DNA of 64,000 nucleotides from Octopus vulgaris (Eukaryota): contig OX597817.1 of assembly GCA_951406725.2 (NCBI GenBank), forward strand, positions 103,354,001 through 103,418,000. The letters run 5' to 3'. Below the pieces are notes generated by a model, which saw only the letters and a list, made by a program, of their open reading frames with translations, searched no databases and was not told the DNA's origin. A program made the translations under genes and the position numbers. Below, piece after piece: positions 56,581-64,000 of this stretch (position 1 is its first letter; every line of letters starts with the position of its first letter).

Positions 56581-57289
56581 ATAGTCCTTTTTCAACCTGT
56601 ATTCCGCTCCGTTTATTAGAATTTGTACAGCATTACCATTTTGTCTTCTTTAAAAATCTTTTAATCGGGAAATTGATATAGAAAACTGTTTCATAATACC
56701 ACGAGAGAAAAGCGAAATTTTGACTCTAAATATTGCGTTTTTTAATAACATTTGAGGTTGGAATATTTTCTAATTGAAACAAAACAAACCCCCAAATGAT
56801 AATTAATTACTCAGAAAATGTGTGCCACGAAGCTATCACAGCCATTCCATCCTTCTTAGTTAAACTCTTTAACTGTATGCCGTATCATAATGGCATATAC
56901 CGATTTACACGTCTTTAAATGAGTAACATTTCCTTCATTGCATCATGTGGCATATTTTCTTTAATTTTTTTTGCGATCAGTATTTTATCACAATAGTAAT
57001 TTATCACAAGGCTAACTGTTAATCATGAATTTGCATCTAAAGCCAGTTTGACAATAGTTATTAGCTAAGAAAAGAAAACGATAGCAATATCTTATAAAGT
57101 ATGTCCATAAACAAAATATTCAAGCATGCGAATCTTTTTGCGGAAACCGTGGGTAGGAGAGTCGAAGACACAAGATACAACATCCCCAGCAGGTTTCTTT
57201 CATTCTTATTGAACCAATGTCCGTGCATGAAAATTTGTGCATTTCTATTGTTCATTTGGAGAATTTATGATAATTTTGAAAAGACGGTA

Positions 57290-57560
57290 CGACTATCCTC
57301 TGCTTAGGAAACGTCTAAAGCGTTTGGTGATGGAAACATTATGTTTGGTGTACGAAAAGGTTTCTTTGGTCAAGACCACAAAGCTGGTGGCTATATGGAA
57401 TGTAGAAAGTCCGTAGTATTTCAATGCATCTTTCATCAGCAGACCCATTGCAGATTTGTCATGTTTGATAGAACCAGTAGAAGCAACAGCGAGTTTTATT
57501 GGATAACATGCACTCATTTATTACTAGTTTGCGATCGATTTTTTGAAGAAATAGGCGCTG
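57290..57560 (-). pseudogene. Possible very decayed pogo/DDE_1 transposase remnant
   Basis: Fragmentary LLLLVL..IEIL..PYSHQLCGLD..F loosely echoes LLLLD..ILLPPHTSHxLQPLD. Confidence 0.3.
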
Positions 57561-58456
57561 AATATAGCATTTTGCCATAACACATCGCTGTAAGGAGAAT
57601 TATTACCAGTTAAGTTATCTCATAATTTTATCAACATCCGATGGAAATTGGCATTTTTTTTTTAATGAGTGGAACAATGCTCAGTCGCTTCTTGTAACCG
57701 GTGAGTGGTTACGGAAATAAGCATCTTTAATTGTGTTCATGACACATTTCAACAGATCCATTCCCAGATTACAAGGGGATTTTCAGATTATATGCTCATA
57801 TATTCTAAAGCGAAAGCGTTTTAACATGAATTTTTCACTCCCAGCTAATAACTTCAATAACTTTCTTTGCTTTGAAAGATACATCCAAGACGCAAATTCA
57901 CCGTTTCTTTTTCGAATTTGCTCAAGACATCCTTGCTAATCTAGAGCTGGTTCTAGTATTTTATAATGTTTTTCTGATCTCAATGAAAATGTGAAAGCAT
58001 CAAAAAAATCTTTCAGATCTTTAAGTGAAAGTTATTGATCTGCAATGACGGACATGTGAAAAGACTACTACAGAAGAGAAATCCGATTGACTTTTACAAA
58101 AGATATACTCTTTTTTATAAGTTCTTTGATAGAGGATAGGTTTCAACGTTTGGTATGATCTATTTACGTGAAAATAATTTTCAAAGAGAAGATGTATTAA
58201 ATCCATTTGTAGGTCAGTGCTGCCTAATCATCATAGGTAATCAGTTTTGATCATAGGAGTAAAATTTGAACTACAATCTGACTTTACTTTGCTCCTACAC
58301 TATATGATAGTAACTGGAGGTAGTTAATGTGGTGCATATTCCTGCAATGTAATTAAAAAATTAATATCTTGTTTCTACAGCCTTTTGTGATCACCGTTTG
58401 ATTATTTTTATTCGCATTGGCTCCCAATTCAGTCGCCTCCTCAGCTTTAAGAGATA

Positions 58457-58649
58457 TGTAGGGTGTTCAAAAAGTCTTTTCGCAGTGAATTTTTTCCATC
58501 CAAGAAGTATTTCAAAATATGTGTAGACGAGTCAACTTATGTAATGTCTTGTAAAGTCTAATATATTCTTTTGTAGTCTTATACCATTTTATAAATATTT
58601 ATTTTGCAACAAAATACTTACTGCGGAGAGACTTTTTGAACACCATATA
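58457..58649. mobile_element. Tc1/mariner-type MITE (~190 bp)
   Basis: TIRs gggtgttcaaaaagtcttttcgcagt / actgcggagagactttttgaacacc, with TA-rich ends. Confidence 0.8.
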
Positions 58650-58991
58650 CTTCCTCTCTAGTGCGAAAAATGACTTTACCTTTGAAGAAACTAAATGTTC
58701 TGCACACGTTCGAAGTAATGCTCACATGCATAGCATAATACAGTTATGCTATGACTATGAGGCAAAACAATTGGTGTTTAAAAATAATCTTGAGTAATGT
58801 ACGTGAAAACAGTTTTAGCTTAGAATACAAACAAAACTTAGAGTATGTTTGCCGGAAACTGCTGCTGTAAACACAGAGTCTGTTACAATACACAGTAAAA
58901 AGCTAAACACTTTCTATGAGTTGATATGTGTTTAAAGAAGACAGAGTATGCTGAGATGAAGTGTATGCGCTTGTAAGATTAATTGAGAAAT

Positions 58992-59034
<43 letters not shown>

Positions 59035-59802
59035 GAGAGCGAGAGAGAGAGAGAGAGGAAAGTGACAAAATCAGGATTTTGAATACCAGCAGCGCACGTA
59101 TTAGTTGTGCACGGAACATTCAGAAAACATTATTTCTAGCGGAAGAGTTGAAACAAAACAAATTATATTTTTACGCCGCCATGATCGATGACAATTCACA
59201 CCTGAATTTACATCATATGGAAGGAGAAAAGTAATTCTTCGATTCATTTCCGGATTTCGATCAAAGTTTTTCAATGTTTGGACCCATTGCTGTGCTATAT
59301 AAAATCGGCCACCACCAAGAATATAATGTTGTGCATGTTCCACGGATAATTATTGAAAACAATATTCAAATGATTTTGATATTAATGTACTTTACTAAAT
59401 TTCGTGGCCCTGTTGAATTTTATTTCCACAGTAAAAAATACCAACATTTGTGTTGTGTCTAAAAATATTTTGCAAAATCCCTCATGCAACATATGCTAAA
59501 CAACGCAGCACAGCACAAATAAGTAAACTAAATGTTCAAGCACCATCGAACGAGTTGGCATTGAAGTACACAACAAGCATTCAGTCTCTCCAAAAATGTC
59601 TCATGTAATCCAAGAAAAGCTGGACGAATGTACTTCAATAAAATGACCCAATAAAATAACTGAATGTCAAAAGAAAAAGAATTATGAATTTAAATGTTTT
59701 CCGAATATTCGAGGTTGCTACTTGTATCTACGACAGATAAAGTATCTATTGAAATGATTTACATTTCCTTGTGTGAGAAAGACTATGTTTTTGCGAAGCA
59801 AG

Positions 59803-59874
<72 letters not shown>

Positions 59875-59978
59875 ATTTATGTAAATATCATCATTAATTA
59901 TTATCATTAGTAAAATGAATAACAACAATTAAAAGCCGTGATTTTCACAACAATGCTGGTACCGCGTGTGCCCTATTA

Positions 59979-60050
<72 letters not shown>

Positions 60051-60059
60051 TAATATTTA

Positions 60060-60370
60060 TTAGCTTAAAGGTTATAAGTGAACACTGTACATTGATTAAG
60101 GTAAATAGTCTAAAATTAGGGCATATAAGCTCTCAACGGAAAAAGGCTTTGCTGTACGCATGGGACTCGAACCCACACATCTACTCGCGACAAGCGTGCT
60201 AGCAGGGTGTACGTTAGTGAAATGGTTAGCACGCTTGTCGCGAATACATAGAGGTGCGGGTTTGAGTCACAAGCGTACGGCAAATCCTACTTTTTTTTGT
60301 CGAGGGCTTATATACCTCAATATTACACTATTTATCTAGGTCAATGAACGGTATTCGCTGTCCCTAATAA
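60060..60370. repeat. Head-to-head inverted pair of tRNA-like units
   Basis: gctgtacgcatgggactcgaaccc..tcgcgacaagcgtgcta mirrors tagcacgcttgtcgcga..gggtttgagtcacaagcgtacggc; similarity extends about 90 bp further on each side. Confidence 0.8.
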
Positions 60371-61083
60371 CACTATTTTCTGCAGCTGTACTAAAATGGG
60401 TTTTATGCCTATTTCCCTATTCATCTGTTCAGATCTTTAGGGATAGTTCCCAATGCCCCTATAACTGCTGGGATACATTTTACCTGCACTTTCCATAGTC
60501 TCTGTAATTCAATAGCTAGGTCCTGGTACTTAGCTATTTTTCTATACTTCTCATATTAATTGTTTCATCATTTGAGGTTTGCAAACTTGTTTCAGTAAGT
60601 GAGAATATTTCAAGTAAAAATCAAGAAAAAGACCCTCTAATGGTATGTAAATTTAAGTTCACGATCTTATTTGTTCTGAAATCAAATTTGTTTCAACATT
60701 CTGTACATCACAATCACTCCTTCACAACAAAGACGCGGTCTAACACACGCCATTGGCCTAGTTTCCAGTTTCGGACTAAAGAGGGCGACAGACATAATTA
60801 TGAAATATTAAAAGTATGATAACTCATTAATGTGCACTTTTCAGGTTTGACGAGTTTGTGTAATTGTTATTCACATTTTTCTCTACCGTTGTGCAAAATT
60901 TCATGTAGTTGCCACGTGGTAGTCACAAAAGCCAAAAAGCTTGAGCAATATTAGATGTCTGCATTCCGGCTTATATAGTCTTGGGCCGAACAAGCCTTGT
61001 GAACAGAATTGGTAGACAGGAACTGAAAGAAGCCCATCGTATATATTCGTATGGATGTATATATATATATATATATTCGTATG

Positions 61084-61205
<122 letters not shown>

Positions 61206-61578
61206 TGTGTCTGTGTGTCTGTGTCTATGTGTGTCTGTCTGTCCCCCCACTTGACAACCCAAGTTGTTGAGTTTGCACCCCATAACGTAGTGGTTCGGTG
61301 AAAGCAACCGATAGAATAAGTACAACGCCCAAGAAAATAAGTCCTGAGGTCGATTTGTTTAACTAAAACTCTTGAAGGTGGTGCCCCAGCATGGCCGCAA
61401 TCAAATGATTGAAACAAGTCAAAGATACACACACATATAAGAAGCTTGCTTCCTAATCACATGGTTCTGGGTTCAGTCCCACTACGTGGCACCTTGGGTA
61501 AGAGTCTTCTACTATAGCCTCATGCCGACCAAAGTCTTGTGAGTGGATTTGGTAGATGGAAGCTGAAAGAAGCCCGTC

Positions 61579-61637
<59 letters not shown>

Positions 61638-61791
61638 TACATATATATAGATAGGTTTAAGAGACAGAATCACCCTCAAGCAACTCAATCATCATTGAAT
61701 TACATTATCCACAATAGGTACATATAGACTTAATATTAAAATTATTAAAATTAATACCTACAATTCTTATTCCAAATTCTTATTTTAAATT

Positions 61792-61910
61792 ATATACTTT
61801 ACTACGCGTGTTTCATGACGACATATTCCGCGATATTGATGAGATAGAATATCTCTAAATACAATACCATATTAAAACGATTATATTGCCAATCCTCAGG
61901 TCTAGCATAT
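61792..61910 (-). ncRNA. Hammerhead-like motif with a long loop II
   Basis: ATATGCTagAC-CTGAGGA-TTGGC..~70 nt..GTCAT-GAAA-CACGCG-TA-GTaaAGTATAT; canonical CUGANGA/GAAA/GUA. Confidence 0.55.
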
Positions 61911-62300
61911 ATGAACTTAATTTGCTATTTACATCCTATATAATGACATGACAAACTAAAATTATACAACTAGACGTTGTTGGAATAATTTTATTTTAGT
62001 AAATAATGAACAGAAATGTGAAATAAAAGTAGCAAAAAGAAATGTTAGTAAAAAGAAATTTTAACTTATCTGTAAGGTAATTTTTCCCTCCGTGAATTAA
62101 ACATGGCTACCAGCAATCGTATAATCCAACATTGTGAGCTACTTTTGGGGGGAGATAATTCTTATTAACATTTGTTTCCATTTGTTTTCGTATTTCATGT
62201 TGTTTACTGTTGTTGACGTCCTGTACCTATATATGCATATGTATATATATTATTTATATTATTATTTGATTGAACGCCACGCATCCATTTCCAAGTAAGT

Positions 62301-62388
<88 letters not shown>

Positions 62389-62407
62389 ATCTACATCTAT
62401 CTATATC

Positions 62408-62443
<36 letters not shown>

Positions 62444-62998
62444 AGTACGTACGTACGTATGTATGTATGTATGTATGTATGTATGCATGCATGTATTGAT
62501 ATAAAATATTTCTTTCGAAACATATGCATACGTGTTACTGTTGTGTTTGTTTAGTCCCCAGAACGATGCATGGCTGCTTCTCACAGCTATACTACAATGT
62601 AAAAGTCTCCCTGCATTGATTCATGCATAAATATGTACTTATAGACAGAAAACAGTATGTTGTAATTTGACTGGCGTTTCTACCAGCTCTAGCATACATG
62701 ATGAATTAAATGTTTGTTGTAGGGAGTGATCTGAGGGAGATCTACCTGTTAGTGCTAACAGGAGCATCTACGTTGAAGAAACATCCTACTACGGTCAATA
62801 AAGATGTACATACATAAAACAGTAGGGATGTGCTTTGAAGAAGATTTCGCTGTATTATCCATCAGGCTTTGTGTACATCATCAATACTAATATTTCTGTA
62901 AAACTTTGACATTTCATTATCGCATTTAATTATGCATGAAAGAAATGTGATAACACACGCACATACATACACATATACATGCATACACATGTACATAT

Positions 62999-63046
<48 letters not shown>

Positions 63047-63065
63047 TATTATATATATATATATA

Positions 63066-63134
<69 letters not shown>

Positions 63135-63149
63135 ATATATACACATATT

Positions 63150-63315
63150 TATATTTTTCTATTCTCTCTCTGTTTATTCCCTTGTGTTCCTTTCTGTTGA
63201 AGAGCGTAGGCTCGAAACGTAAAAGACTTTCTCGCAGTCTCGAGCGTCAAACTAATACACCTGCTTGTTGTTTATGCACCTGTCTTCGTCTTATGTGTTT
63301 CTGTAAATTTCAACT
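63150..63315 (+). mobile_element. Solo pLTR fragment of the 40425-42020 PLE family, between (TA)n arrays
   Basis: ctttctgttgaagagcgtaggctcgaaacgtaaaagactt..gagcg.ca.actaataca..cacctg.cttcgtc shared with 41885-41992. Confidence 0.8.
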
Positions 63316-63670
63316 ATATATATATATATATATAAGATCCAGAGATCGAGGTTTAGGAAGGAAGTTAGCTTCAAGCAATTCGTAGTAAATATAAGAATGT
63401 TCTTTTATGATTTCACGGTAGGTGACTAAGTTTGCCGGGTCTGCGTATAAGAATACAAGTGTTACGGAATGAAGTAGATAAGATCCAGGCTACATATGTT
63501 TCATAGCGAGCGGAAGCTCGGAAGTGTTAACTATCCAAGTGAGGTGCATGCTGCAGACTACTCTTGAGGCCAAGGATATCGTGATTAAACTTTGATTTAA
63601 TCAAAGTTCCGCTGGCTGTGTATCCCGTGTATTATTTTGGAAAAAAATCACCATCCCCAAATACAAATAT

Positions 63671-63749
<79 letters not shown>

Positions 63750-63802
63750 AATGGAGTTGAACGAAGATGTTAATAAAATTCCTTTACTTTCGACATATGT
63801 TT

Positions 63803-64000
63803 GAAGACAACAACATGCAATTTAATGCTGGTAAATTTCAAGCCTTACAATATGGTAAACACATATACATTTTATTCCAGGAGGGATCGAAATCCCAGGA
63901 ATAAACGATGATAGACATGATGACGATGCATCTTTTTCTTCACACATCAGGAAAGACGACTCACTGGCTGGAGAGCATTCCGGACAAGAGACTCGAGACC
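63803..64000 (+). mobile_element. Decayed CR1-group LINE RT fragment
   Basis: EDNNMQFNAGKFQALQYG, typical post-YADD RT motif (WxxxNxMxFNxxK). Confidence 0.55.

Overview
AT-rich, microsatellite-dense eukaryotic DNA. The SINE repertoire looks like an Octopus (coleoid cephalopod) genome, which is an inference from recognised repeat sequences. Most long ORFs in the track are microsatellite artefacts. Supported content: (i) four phase-compatible minus-strand exons (44317-44439, 38046-38105, 34841-34916, 31199-31907) forming the 3' end of a gene for a single-pass membrane protein with a Tyr-motif-rich cytoplasmic tail; (ii) Penelope-like retroelements (PLEs), one near full length, plus about ten minimal hammerhead-ribozyme-like motifs in their pseudo-LTR (pLTR) fragments; (iii) mariner, Tc1, Helitron, MITE and R4/Dong-like elements and many tRNA-derived SINEs. 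The best candidate for an undescribed system is a SINE-targeting Tx1/L1-type retrotransposon. Two divergent copies (1-892 and 19843-22057) sit at the same position (GTATTTCGT) inside the tRNA-derived head of one SINE family. A subfamily of that SINE carries the Tx1 3' tail and inserts at the same site (13997-14378). All calls were made by eye, with no database search or folding run.
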